From the NCBI GenBank assembly GCA_012295275.1, contig CM022674.1:7316001-7380000 (forward strand): a DNA stretch of 64,000 bases, given 5' to 3'. Source of the DNA: Chrysomallon squamiferum. Its lineage: Eukaryota > Animalia > Mollusca. Numbering within the stretch: position 1 is the first letter of the stretch; each line of letters opens with the position of its first letter. The position numbers and the translations under genes are program-made. Shown piece after piece: positions 36,948-50,600 of this stretch. The notes below the pieces were generated by a model. It was not told the DNA's origin. It made no database searches and worked only from the letters and a program-made list of their open reading frames with translations.

Positions 36948-38471
36948 TAATAATAATAATGATAATAGTAATACAGAGGATGATGATGATTTTAAGAATA
37001 ATGTAACAAAAAATAATCCTATAACACCACTTTTTACATAATTTTAATCAGTATGTTTTTCTAATGAAAAATGTCTTATTGGATGTTACTAATTAGTTAA
37101 GTCAATTTTTTATTATTTTATAAAAATTGGTTTTCTTTAAATTTTAGAAGGAAAAAAAAATTGTAAATAAATACACAAGTAAATAAATAAAATCATTAAA
37201 AAAATCTAAAAACTTATATAACTTTTCTTATATCAAATTTTTTATGCTGCTTTAAAATAGATATCACTTAATAATAAATAAAGAAAAAAAGATGCCTAAA
37301 TAAGAATTAAAAAAAAAGCAATAATATCAATGAACCATCATACTTAATGCTCTCTTTGTAACTTTTTTGTTTTTGTCAGCAGACCCTAATATACAATTTT
37401 AATATTGCCAGTGTTGAAAGTTTGCTGGAAGACAATTTAGTAATACTTAAATACAGTAGTCTACGTTTAACGTATTTTATTAATTTTGCATAATCTATTT
37501 TAATTACTTCAATGTGCATATATTTTTTTCTTTCTTCTTTATTTACTAAAAACGAAAAAAAAAGAAAAAAATCATAACAACAGTTAATTTAATCCCTCGA
37601 GTTTTTAACACACAAATTACTTAATGTTTCTTCAAAACAAAACATGTTAACATTTATCAGATGTCAAACATATTTTTCAATTTATGTTTTTTAAATATTA
37701 TCACTAATTTTTTTCATTTAGCAGTAAGTCATATTTTATAAGCACTTACTCACAGAAAGGAAAGTGGTGTTTGATAAACCAGATTTAAACAGCAAAATAG
37801 CGAAAGGATGTGCTGAAAATAGATCCCATAAACTCTCATACACTAAGTAAATGTTTTTATTATTCACCACAAACAAGACTTGCTTTACCTTTTATTTCCC
37901 CCTTTTTCTATAATAATAATAAAAATAATAAAATAAAATTTGTGGTGAAAAGTGTAATAATGTAGATTTTGTATGTTCAGATATACAATGGTAACAATTT
38001 AATTAACTTCATTGCTTATATGTATAATGCACAAACATATTGTAGTATACAAAAATTTCACTAAATATATGTAAATTGTTTTTGTACAGTTTTCATAAAT
38101 AAATTGAAAAATGTGATGAAAAAAGAGAAGATTCTGTAGTCTGCTGACTACTAACTGATCAAAACAAAATTAGGAGACATATGAAGTTATTCTTAACAAA
38201 CCCAGTCTTAAACAAGTGTTCCACATATTAACCCGAATTAAATGATTTTGGTATAAATAATTTAATAATAATAATAATGATAATAATAATAATAAAAATT
38301 TATCCATAATAATAATAATAATAATAATAAAAATTTATCCATTTAGTGGTTACAATTTAAAAAAATATATATTATATTCCGTGGAATGGCTTACTCCCAT
38401 TCTGATGAAAATACCTCCACACTTGTTTTAGCTTGACTGTTCACAAATTAATTATCTATGTACATTAAACA

Positions 38472-41400
38472 TTAAATGTTGCCTAGCATTTTGTTTGTTA
38501 ATTTATCTTTGAGGTGTAGATGCATGTGTCGAATAAGATCAGTTGACGTTGGAAACTTCTCATCACACACGTCACAGTCAAAGTTGTTGTACGGCTTCCT
38601 GGCATGCAGCTCGCGATGTCGGTTAAAACTCTGCTTGAAGTTGAAGCCTTTGTAGCAGATTTCACAGTGGTAAGGATAATCCGGCTGGTGGATTATCTTG
38701 TGCTTGTGTACGTCGCGGGAATACTTGAACTTTCTTCCACAGATGTCGCAGGCGAAGGGACGAGCGTCGCTGTGGACAGCAGCATGTGCTCGCAGACTGC
38801 TCATGTGTTTGAAGACCATGCCACAGATGTCACACTCCTTCTTAGGAGGCACGTACTGCTCGTACTCGGGATCCTCCGGCTCCTGTTTGATCATGGTCGT
38901 CTGCTGGTTCTCCTGCTCATTCTCATGTCGCTTCATGTGTTTCTCGAGGTTCTCCATCTTGTAAAAAGCTTTCAGACACTGAGGACACTTGTGAGGCTTT
39001 TCTTTCTTCTTTTTCTTCTTCTTGGGCATTTCTTCTTCAGTCTCCTCGGTACCGTTCTCAACCTGCAGCCCAGGTTCCACCTTGATGTTTGAAATGTCAA
39101 CAGGCAGGTCAGTCGAGTTCCTGTTGTCTTCTGATACAGACAGCTCCATCGGCATCTCGTTTTTGTCCAACATCTCCACCTCATAGTCTTCCTCCTCCTC
39201 TTCTTCTTCATTCACAACAGCAGGCTGCTTCTTAATGATAATTTCTCCAATTGACTTCACTGACTCATCACCTATTAAAACAGTGAATCCATCACCAATG
39301 TAAATTGTCTTCAACTTGGCCAAATTAACAGATTCGACATTTTCAACGAGTTCATAACTGTCGAGGTCATCCAGGCTTGTTATCCCCTCGCCGGATTCCA
39401 GCTTGCTCAGGTCCAGTTTGCTGTCAGGCTGGATTGTACTCTCACTGATGAAAACTGTCGTCTGCTTGGGAAGGTCGTTCAGGTTAAAAACTCCCTCGTC
39501 GTCTTCCTGTTTCGGTTCTTCTTCTTTCACAGTGGGGACGCGACTCGCTCGACTGCTGAATCCTTGACGTTTCTGTTTCCTCGTCGGCTTGGTTGGCAGG
39601 CCAGGTTTCCCCTCGTGGTGTCGCCGGTTGTGGTTGGTCAGATCAAGCGGTGTGGGGAAAGCTTTCTGGCACTGGTAGCACTTGTAGTTCCTCTCTCCAG
39701 TGTGGCGCATCATGTGGATCTTCAATGCGCTCGACTCCTGTAATAGATAAATTCTAACATGTACATCCTAGCAACATATACATTACAATTAAAAATCACT
39801 TGAAATCACTGAACTCCTGTAACAACAACATTTTAACATGAACATCCTAGTAACATTTTGATTAAAAAACTTGAAATCGCTCAACTCCTGTAAACAATAC
39901 ATTCTAACATATGTAACTGTAACATTAGTTAAAAATTACTGCAAAACATTTGCTTCTGCTAAACAGACTGCTAAACAATTATAAAATGTATCACAGAATT
40001 TCAGTGTCCAATTTTAACAAGTACCCCTAATCAAAATAAAAAAAATTACATGTTCTATGCAGTACGACTCAAAACCAGAATCTATGATTTTATCACATTC
40101 AAACAAACCAATATGGTGTGTACAGTTTAAAATTATCTACAGAAATACAATAATTTAAAATATTTCATGTCAAAAAAAAAAAAAAAAAAAATAAATAAAT
40201 AAATAAATAAATTTTTTTTAAAAATTACCCCAAAAATCAAAATCAAAATAAAAAATTTGCAAAATACAATTATCTCACCTTAAAAGCTCTCTCACACATT
40301 GTACACTTGAATGGCCTCTCCCCTGTGTGTGTGCGCACATGTCTTCTCAAATTGCTTGACTCTACAAATCCTTTTCCACAAAATCGACACTTGAATGATG
40401 TCTGACCGAGATGTCTTCTGGCGTGGACAGCCATGTGGTACGCCGTTGTGAAACCTCGGCCACAGTAGCCGCAGTTGTACAATCTGTTTTCATTGTCGTC
40501 AGATGCTCGTTTTCTGTTGGGCAGCTTCACTTTTCTCACCTCCGCATTCTTCTTTTCCACCACAACTTCACCAGTCTCTTCCATCGTTATGGTAACCTGC
40601 TCCTGCTGATCCATCCCATCAGTCAGCTGGTCAGTGTTTTCTATGATCTCCTCAATAACTGTGTTCGCAGGAACCTCAACCATCTGTTCACTGGTTGAGT
40701 CACCAAGGGCAGACAACCCTTCAGCAGCAACCAGAGTACTGCTGTCCAAGATTCCCTCTGCTCTGACGTAGCGTGTTCGCGTGAAGTTGAGACTGCAGTC
40801 GATTTCATCTCCCGCTTCCTCCATTTCCTGGTCGGGTTCAATGTGGACTTTCTCGTAGTGAGTCTGCACGTCTTCTGGTGTGTAGAAAGTCTTCTCGCAG
40901 ATTGTACACTGGTAACATTTCTCGTGACAGCGCATGTGAGTGGTCAGACTGTCGACATTCTTGTACTCTTTACAACACACTCGACACTTGCACTTCTCGC
41001 CGTTGTGAGTCCGAAGATGTCGCTTCATGTTGCTGGAGTCGGTGAAGCCTTTGTTGCAGATGGCACAGGTGTAAGGCTTGTCGCCGGTGTGGGTGCGCAT
41101 GTGCAACTTGAGGTGGGTGGGCCGACGGAAGCTCTTTTCACACAGGGTGCACTTGACGGGTTTCAGGTTGAGGTGGATCCAGGCGTGGCGGTTTAGGACC
41201 GTCTCCTTCTCAAAACCTCGCCCACAAACACGACAGGTAAAGAGCATGTCCTGGTGGTTGTGTGAAATGTGAAGTCGCAGCAGACGAAGAATGCTGAAAC
41301 ATTTTCCGCAAGCACCACACCTAAGAACAAAACAATAATTACTGTTACTATTCTTAAAAGTGAACTATAATTAATATGAACTGATTCAGGGATTCAGTAA

Positions 41401-43894
41401 TGAAAATGTTGTGGTGTACATCTTAAAGATAACATTGGAAAACACTGGCAAATAATCAGTGTTATCCTGCTTTTAATTCTACTAAAAATAAAACAAGAGC
41501 TTAACCATTTCGTAACAATGCAAATGCACAAGTTCGGTTCTTTAAATATTATTCATATTATAGCAGTTTTATTTACTTTACAGTGGTTTGTAAATATCTG
41601 AATATACTACTCTGAACTTAATTAAAATAAAATGTACCAGAAATAACCAAATAATTTTTATACAAAATGTTTTAATAATTTACCTGAAAGGTTCTTTCTT
41701 GTTAGGTCCAAACAAATTTGCTGGTTTTTCCCTGACTTTTTTCACCGGTCCATTCTCAGAAGTTGAATTCACTTCACTGTTTTCTATTTCAGCAGCGTCC
41801 TCTATGACATCGCTGTTCTGCTGATGGGCAGTTTTCCTAATCTGAGCCTTCGTAGGCTTCCTGGGTTTCAGCTCGGGTGGATTGAGCAAACGCTCCGTGT
41901 GGAGTTGGTAATGTTTGGACACGTCATCAGGGGTGTAGAATGTTCTGTTACAGAGAGCACATTTAAAACACTTGTCGTGACTTCTCATGTGTGTTGTCAG
42001 ACTGTTGAGGTTCTTGTAGTCCTTCCCGCAGACCTTGCAAGCTGCTCTCTGCTCATCGTGAGTCATCTCGTGACGACGAAGGTTACTAGTGTCTGAGAAC
42101 ATCTTGCCACACGTGTTGCAAGGGTACGGCTTGTAGCCCGTGTGACTGCGATTGTGGATGACAAGGTGGCCCGGACTGCTGAATGTCTTACCACAAATCT
42201 CACACTTGAATGGTTTGTTCTCCTGGTGCGAGTACAGGTGGCGCTGGTATGTCGACTGCTTGTCGAAACCCATGTTGCATACAGAACAGTTGAAGATCCA
42301 CATGTCGTGATGAATTCGCATGTGCAGATTCAACAACTTGAATGAGCTGAACGTCTTCCCGCACTCTCTGCATGGCATCAGCTGTCTCTTCCTGCGACCA
42401 CGCCCAATCCCCAGCCCTCCAGACTTCTGACTCAGTGTTTTCAGAGGCCTCTGGACAATATTCTCTGGTGTGAGGTCATCAACTATCAACGTCTTTCTCT
42501 CGCTGCTGCCACTCTGACAGATCTGTACTGCTGGGTGAGAGGTGCCCAGATTAGCCAGGTTTGACAACAAACTCACAGCATGAGTTGATATCCCAGTTGT
42601 GTTTTCCTTGTTGTCTTCTAACTTAATCTGCAGATCTGTCTGCTGTCCAAACGATCGCACCTGAGTGTCTGTAATCAAACCCTCAGCGATCTCTCCGTCC
42701 ATGTTCAACGTTATAGTTGCTTGTTCCTGTCCATTAACAATAGTGGCTCCCTCTGTTGACCCATCTTCAGGCATCACACAGTACACAACGTACACCTCTT
42801 GTCCGTTGTTGTCGGTGATGCTGGACAAGTCAAATGATGATGCAATATCCTCTACAGTTTCTATAGTCTGAGGCTCTCCATGTTCTACTAGACTTTCAGT
42901 AATTATTTCATCAGCATTGAAAATCTGATTGTCCTGGGCAACAATGCCATCCACCTGGTCAGCAGATATTTCTTCTATCACACATTCTGACTGCATGTCG
43001 CCAACTACATGAAAAGGAAAAAAATTAAATGAAGTCTACAATGTAATAATAAACAAGTGAATGGTTAACATCAACTCAAGATGTTTTAAAACTAACTGTG
43101 GTTGTGTCGTGTATTCATATTCATGCATGAGAGATCATTAAAATAAAAATATTCTTATTACATTCTGAACAAGTTTTTTAACAGCTTTTCATACCTCTTA
43201 TTCCAAATTTTAAACTGTATTTTTAAAAGTTTTAACTTCAGATTTAACTTTCAAATTAAACAATAACAGAATTCATTTTAATAAATATGTTAACAAATAA
43301 GTATGTTTAGGAATATGTGAAGAAATAATGTGATATATATTTAATTGTTCTGGAGTTATATTCATACAGCTCCAGGTGATTCAGGATTTTCAATGGAGAG
43401 TAATATAAATGCCAACTTAATAGATAAAATGTAAAATTACCTTCAGAGGGTGCCAATGTTTCTATTTTAATAAACTGAGCAGTTCGTGAAGAGGAAGGAG
43501 CAACATGGATAGCTGTCCCATCTACCTGTATTTCTGTACCTGTCAACAGTAATTAATTATGTAAATAATAACAATAATAAGCATAGTTTCTGTTTTATTA
43601 TTATATATAACAGCAGTTATATACCTATTACATGAGATTTGTAATAAACATTAATATTTAATGAGTTATATATAACAGTAAAAATTAAATTAAATTAAAT
43701 TAAATTAAATTAAAAAATCCCACCAAAATCCTCACTCCATAATTAATGAATTTACCTGTAACTTGAGTATTCTGATTGAGTATCTTCTGCGACATTTCCA
43801 AGATTTCTTCATTAACATCAGTGCCATCTTGTGTAAGCAAAATTTCTTCACAGACCAGGCCCTCTGTGCCTGCAGCAGGTTCCACACCACTCAT
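38472..43894 (-). CDS. Multi-cluster C2H2 zinc-finger protein, about 1288 aa, 21 fingers
   Basis: Exons 43894-43756, 43539-43441, 43004-41684, 41320-40279, 39737-38472; GT-AG and phase-consistent. Acidic N-terminus; fingers in groups of 6+6+4+1+4 with TGEKP-like linkers; poly-Lys NLS-like stretch. Confidence 0.92.
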
Positions 43895-44780
43895 ACCAGC
43901 AGCTGTGTGAACAGCCAACGTCAACGTCTATTCTTCCAACACAGAACGTGATCACGCTGTAATTAATATACAATTTGTAAATAAACATTCATCTCTGTAA
44001 TTTATGGATTTTTTTTTATTAAATTAATATTATTTTTAACTATTTATTTTTTTATCCTGTTGGTATTTATTAGAAATATGAACAAAATTGAAAATATGCA
44101 GTATTTTATAACATAATATTTTTACCTTACAACCATTCCTTATGTTATTATTATTATTATTATTTTTTTTTTTTTTTTTTTTTAATTTGGTTGATTCTGA
44201 ATAGAAAATTTGATGTGTTTTCACAATAATCACTTGTTAGATTTTCATTTCTTTTTACTTTTTAATATAAGTTATATTACATATGTTTTGTTTCATCCTC
44301 TTGGTATTTAATAAATAAAATATTATTTCTGGTATATTTTCCTGCCTTTCAATTAAATTTTTCTCAGTTTGGTTGCTAGTGTAACAGATTTTCTATTTAA
44401 TGTCTATTTCAACTATCCTGGTATTATCTGAAAAAGTTGAACTGAAAAAAAAAAAAAAAAAATTAAAATCAGTTTACAGATGTTAATTTGTGAATTTTTC
44501 TTTTTGCAGGGAAATTTTCACAACTTTGTGTGTGTGTGTGTTTATTTAAATTGAGGATTGGTAATTTATTCAGTTCACTCACTTTTTTTTTTTTTAAATA
44601 TTTATTTGTTATTAGTTTTTAAATATCCAGGCATTTTCTAATATTACTCAATACAAATTAATTTTGTATATTTATTCAGTAAATTCAAACTTACTATTAA
44701 TATAATTGTTACAGTAGTATTCAGTGACTACTATACTTGTATAACTGTAATATTCTATGATCATTCCAGGTTACTTAAGG

Positions 44781-45221
44781 ATAATTTATAAACTCATTCT
44801 ACTAGTGAGGTTTGGTAATAATAAATATACTACAGTGTGATCACTAAATAAATAATTTATAAACTCATTCTACTAGTGAGGTTTGGTAATAATAAATATA
44901 CTACAGTGTGATCACTAAATAAATAATTTATAAACTCATTCTACTAGTGAGGTTTGGTAATAATAAATATACTACAATCTGATCACTAAATAAATAATTT
45001 ATAAACTCATTCTACTAGTGAGGTTTGGTAATAATAAATATACTACAATCTGATCACTAAATAAATAATTTATAAACTCATTCTACTGGTGAGGTTTGAT
45101 CATAATGAATATACTACAGTGTGATCACTAAATAAATAATTTATAAACTCATTCTACAGGTGAGGTTTGATCATAATGAATATACTACAATCTGATCACT
45201 AAATAAATAATTAATAAACTC
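44781..45221. repeat. 71-bp minisatellite, about 6 copies
   Basis: ataatttataaactcattctactagtgaggtttggtaataataaatatactacagtgtgatcactaaataa units start at 44781, 44852, 44923, 44994, 45065 and 45136, with a partial copy at 45207. Confidence 0.95.
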
Positions 45222-45844
45222 CTATCAGTGAGACTGCCAGCTGTTTATAACAAAGATGAGTCATCACAGAATCAGTCTTCCTGGTACCAGTGAATTATTT
45301 CCCAATCCACCCTAACACAGTTCAATAAAAGCTGTTGTATGTACCTTCCGATCCATCTTTGTCTTGGTGACATGTTATATTTCAATTTTAAGCATTATAA
45401 TAGATTACATATACTAGTTTTACATTTCACAATTTACATAATTTGTATCAAATATATAGCCATATCCTAATATTCATTTTGCTAAAGTAGAACATACATC
45501 CCATACATAATTGATAATATGGTTAATAAAAATGTTTAGTTTATCAGTCCTTCTTTTTGAAGATATTTATAGAATCAAGAGAAAACGAAAACGAAAAAAT
45601 AAAGAAAAATTAAATTAATATTGTTATTTTATTTTACAGATTTTTTATGTCTTTCATTTTTTCACAATATGGAGAAGACTCACAAATCAGATCACAGATA
45701 TGTTTGTGAACGGGCAACATGATTAAAATCATTAATCGTAAAATTTAAGTATGTATCATATCTACAGTTTTAATACCCTTATCAGGCCTTTTTGGTAATT
45801 GAAAATTCTTTCTTTTAACTGGTACTCTCTTGAATATAATTGTA

Positions 45845-46380
45845 CAAACTCGCCCAAGCAAACGACGCGGATACCAGTGTGTCAACATGGCCAACGAAGG
45901 CGCCTTTTCCCAGAGTAATCGTGTTTCAGTAAAATACTCGCTTAAACTAAATTTATATTCTTATCGGCTCGAATATTCATACGCATAATTAGATTTGTTT
46001 TTAAATTAGAAGGTTATTCAGCTGTATTTTTGACCGACTTAGACGATTTTGTTCTGTTATACTTTTGACCACTAATTGTATCAGGTGCGAGCGGCAAGCA
46101 TCGACTGGTTCAGCACGCCATTTCGTGGTGTACTGGTTTATCCCGAATGCGGAATATCTCCCATAACTAAGTAAATAACTGTATTCAGAATACATTTTTA
46201 ACATGATACATAATAAATACATCAAATAAATGATAATTATTTACAGAAACTTACGTGTAATTTTTAAATTATTGGCGAACAAAAATGTCTGATCTTAGTC
46301 GATGACCCACAATGCAATGGGAAAAAGAAAGGAAATGACGTGAAATTTTACGAGGCGTATGTCATTGGGGCACATTAGAG
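45845..46380 (-). promoter_or_regulatory. Probable promoter/first non-coding exon region of the zinc-finger gene
   Basis: Locally CpG-rich, with YY1-like CGCCATTT (about 46116), AACATGGCC (about 45884) and TGACGT (about 46336); about 2 kb upstream of the first coding exon, which has a splice acceptor 5' of its ATG. Confidence 0.4.
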
Positions 46381-47649
46381 GTGAATATAATAATTTAGTC
46401 ATTATCAAATGGAAATTCGGAACCTCTTAATTATTAAAATATTTGAAACCACTTATGAAAATTAATTTATTAAAAAATGTTTGAATGTTAGACGTGCTGA
46501 ACCTTAGTTGAGATGACTTTATGAAATTTGGTGCCACAAATATCTAATGGCAACAATATATAATTATCGATAATTATTCGCAATTTAGTATTTGTAAGTT
46601 TGAAACGCAAATACACAATATTAGCATATAAATTGCCCGTATATTTTTTTATACTCAGTCCATTAAAGTATTGATAGCATTTAAGAGGATAAATTACATA
46701 TTATTTACAGCTGATCATGACATGTCATCTTATAATAAATAATACATTTGTACAACAAAACATTTATCTGATAAATATTTCTTACGTTTTTGTCTTCAAT
46801 AAAAGTTCATGAAAATTCGTTTTTTTTTCTTTCATATTTTAATTTTTTTTTATTGCTTAAAATAATTACACATTAACGGTAAAGTAATTAATTTAGTGTT
46901 GTACATTTTACATTAGTAACAATAACTGTACATTATTAATAAACAAGTTATTGCTGTACATATTGCCGTTTAATATTATATCTTCGATACTAGTTATAAT
47001 TATATTTGATTAATTTCTGAACACAAAGGGACTTTGCATTTCGTTTCTTTTAACCGCCCGAGGTATTTAAAGTTAATACCTCCTGGATCCATTATATACT
47101 TAATACTATTATTAATAGATTGGGGATAATTTATAGGTTATAGTATGTGTTATGTTAATGGTCTCTTTCTCTCTCTGTTTCAATGTGTTTGTGTAAATGT
47201 GTGTGTGTGATGTTTGGGTGATCGTTTGTCTGTTGTTTTATTACTTTCTGTACATGCTGTTCCTGCCAAAACTATACATTTATAGCTAAATAACAACTGA
47301 ACACATAACATGCGAATCACATTCTGAGTAGGAGACTTAATAAGTTTCATTTAAACAAGCGCTAACGTTTCTTTATCAACAACACAATCTCAGTGTATCA
47401 GCGATGCACAAGTATATTCACTTTGTGACGTACGTTTTACATTTCTATCTACGAGATGACGTAATAAAGAAGACATAATGCCACTTAAAGGTATCTTCAA
47501 CGACTTTTTTTTATTGTTATGCGCTTTAGCAAAGTCTAGTGTGGACCAACATAAAACAATTAACTGGATGGTTGCAAGATGTACCTACACACAGATATAT
47601 TTACCAATTTTTAAATGTATAAAGTTACACTGTCAACAGAGATGTCTGA

Positions 47650-47693
<44 letters not shown>

Positions 47694-50600
47694 TCACGTC
47701 CATATTATTCATAATGCTAACTAGAGTGAAACCTAGGCCCTCGTCAGTTATATCTGATTTTATGAACTATGCATGTCACTTAGTGACACAAAGAAACATT
47801 TTAATCCAGATATAGACTTATTATCTCATAGCTCCAATACTTGAAAACACATTAGTGTGTAAGAAGCTATATCAGCAATTACGTCTCACCTAAAATTCAA
47901 CATATATAAATATTATACATGTTACATTTTCCTATTGTCAAAGTGGCAATAAAGATAACACGTTTTTTTTAATTCATTTTGTGCCAAGCACTTATTTTAC
48001 TAGTTACTGTAAAATTTCCGATAGGTATTTATATATGTTTTTAGTTTTATACAAGACCGTTTATTTCTTTTTTTCTTTCTTTCTTTATTTACTTACGTGT
48101 ATACATTTTTAATATATAAATAATGCAAAAATGTAAAAATAAATAAGGATCTGTTTCACTGATTCTAAAACCACTGTCTGTGATGATACGTACAACAGTG
48201 TGTCTGTGTAAGTACTTACATATGCGTGAATGCAGGTACGCAAGTAATCTGCATATGTTGTTGTTGCTGCTGTGAAATGCATTAAATCAGTATATGTGGT
48301 CTGCGTTTGTTTGTGTTTACGTGCGTCTGTGTGTATTTGTGTGTATGTGCGTGTTTACGTTTTATTTGTTATTTGTTTTTTATTTTGGTGTGTGTGTTCG
48401 TGTGAGTGTGTGTGAGTGCAGATCAGTATATACGTGTTTATGTCTTTCTATGTAAGTACGTACGTACGTATGTGGATATAGGAACTCAGTAATGTACCGA
48501 ATTATGTATATGTACGTAGTGTACGAACGTGTTTATATATATATATATATAAATATATCTGAGTGTGTGTATGTGTTTGCTAGTTTATGTCCAAGTGTGG
48601 AAGTACGCGTGTGTATATTTGTGTGTGTGTGTGCGTGTATATATATATATATATGTATGTATGTGTAAGTGTATATGTACGAGCGCGTGTATGTATATAT
48701 ATATATATATACATACACATACATACACACACATATATATATATTTGTACGTATATCAGCGTGTACACCTACATGTGTGCTTGTGTTAATACGTAATGCA
48801 AACTTCAGTGTGTGTAACGCATGTGTGTGCACGCATGTCTGAAGTTTGCCTTGTTTGTGTGTACGTTTGTGCGTGTCTACGTATGTTTGTGTTTATGTTT
48901 TTAGGTTTTCGCGTTTGTACGCTAGTATGTGTATACGTATTTGTTTATATTTGTCGGTATTTGTTTTTGTGTAACTTATATGTGTCTCTGTCTTCGTCCA
49001 AACATGTTTTTATTTACTGATTATAAATAAATAAATAAATAAATAAAACAATAACAAAAATTCAGGAATAACAGCCTACGATAAAAACAGCTGATACAGG
49101 TTTTGATGTATTTTATGTACATTGTGTATGTTCTATAATCATGATTACTAGCAATTCACAAGTAGAACTAATATTTTCATATTATAATGTGATCGTGTGC
49201 ATGTACGTAAATACCAACAGCAAGAATGTTTTATAGTTTTTACTAAAATGTAATATCCAAAATCTAATGATTTATTTAATCAATGTGTTCTCTTGGTGTT
49301 GATAAATAAAACTGTTTACATTATGAAATAACAGAGAAGAAAATAAGAAAACAAACTAGAGATTCGTTTCACCACTGTGAACAGTTTAATCACTGATGTA
49401 GACTATCTAACTGCAAAAACAAAATCCAACTTGATATTTATGCAAAGTAGAAATAAATAAATTGCTATTTAAATATTAACATTCAGTAGTGATGTCGTCT
49501 TGAACCTTTCATTCAACTTTATTTTCGAACAACAACAACAAAACTCAGTACAAAAACAAACATTCGCTTTGTTTTCTCTAGTGCATAGAACTGATCATAG
49601 TACAAGTCTAATGTAAACAGTTTTTTAGACTGATTACTTTTTAATCTATGTCTTAATTAGATCACACCTGTTTGACACCTGTGATTAATGTTACATTTCA
49701 AAACATTATATTTTAAAATTGATATACACATGAAATAATGGTACGCTTCTGTAACATCTCTTAACATATAGCCAGTTTATAACTTTTATTAATTAGTATA
49801 AATTGGTAATGAGTTACATTTTAACACCTGATTATCACCTGTTTATCACCTGTAATCAGTAGTACATTTTATAAATTGCAACTATTACGTAAGATGTATT
49901 ATTTTTTTTCTTATATACTTAGCATTTCTTGCACTGTCTTGTAAAAAGGCAAACATTTCAAATGCTTAGCATTTCCCATTTAGCCCTCCATACTGCTAGT
50001 GACACAATTTCAAATTGTTACATTTCATATCTGGATTTTACATTCACTGATTAAACTTTTCTAAGATTTTACATTCTATTCTCATGTATAAAAAAAATCA
50101 AATTTCACTGCTTACATTTAAAATGTTACATTTCACACATCTATAGTTTTACATTTTACTGTTTGAATTTAAAATTTTACATTTCACACATCTATAATTT
50201 TACATTTTACTGTTTACATTTAAAATGTTACATTTCTAACGTTTTGTCATTTACATTTCACTTTCTACATTTTAGTCCCAATAATGCTAAAAATAGCAAA
50301 TGTTTACATTTAAAATTCTGAACATTTGACAAAGAAATATTACATCCCTTTACATTTCGTACGTTAACACCCATATTGCTAAATTTGCATAAACATGCAT
50401 TTTACAAACAATTAACATTCATAATTTGCTGTTACATTAATAAATGTATCATTTATTACAATCCTCATTTTAACCGCCAGACTTTGTTTTTGTTTTTTTA
50501 CATTCATACTTCAAACAATGTTATCACATTCAGCAGTGACTGAAGCCATTACAGATATTCCTTACGTTATTTCCTCCTTTGAGGTTTGCACACAAGGCAA

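Noticed and set aside
44781-45221. CRISPR-like array (also considered for 60761-61007 and 190-885)
   Set aside because: Units are contiguous with no unique spacers, there are no cas genes, and the context is eukaryotic.
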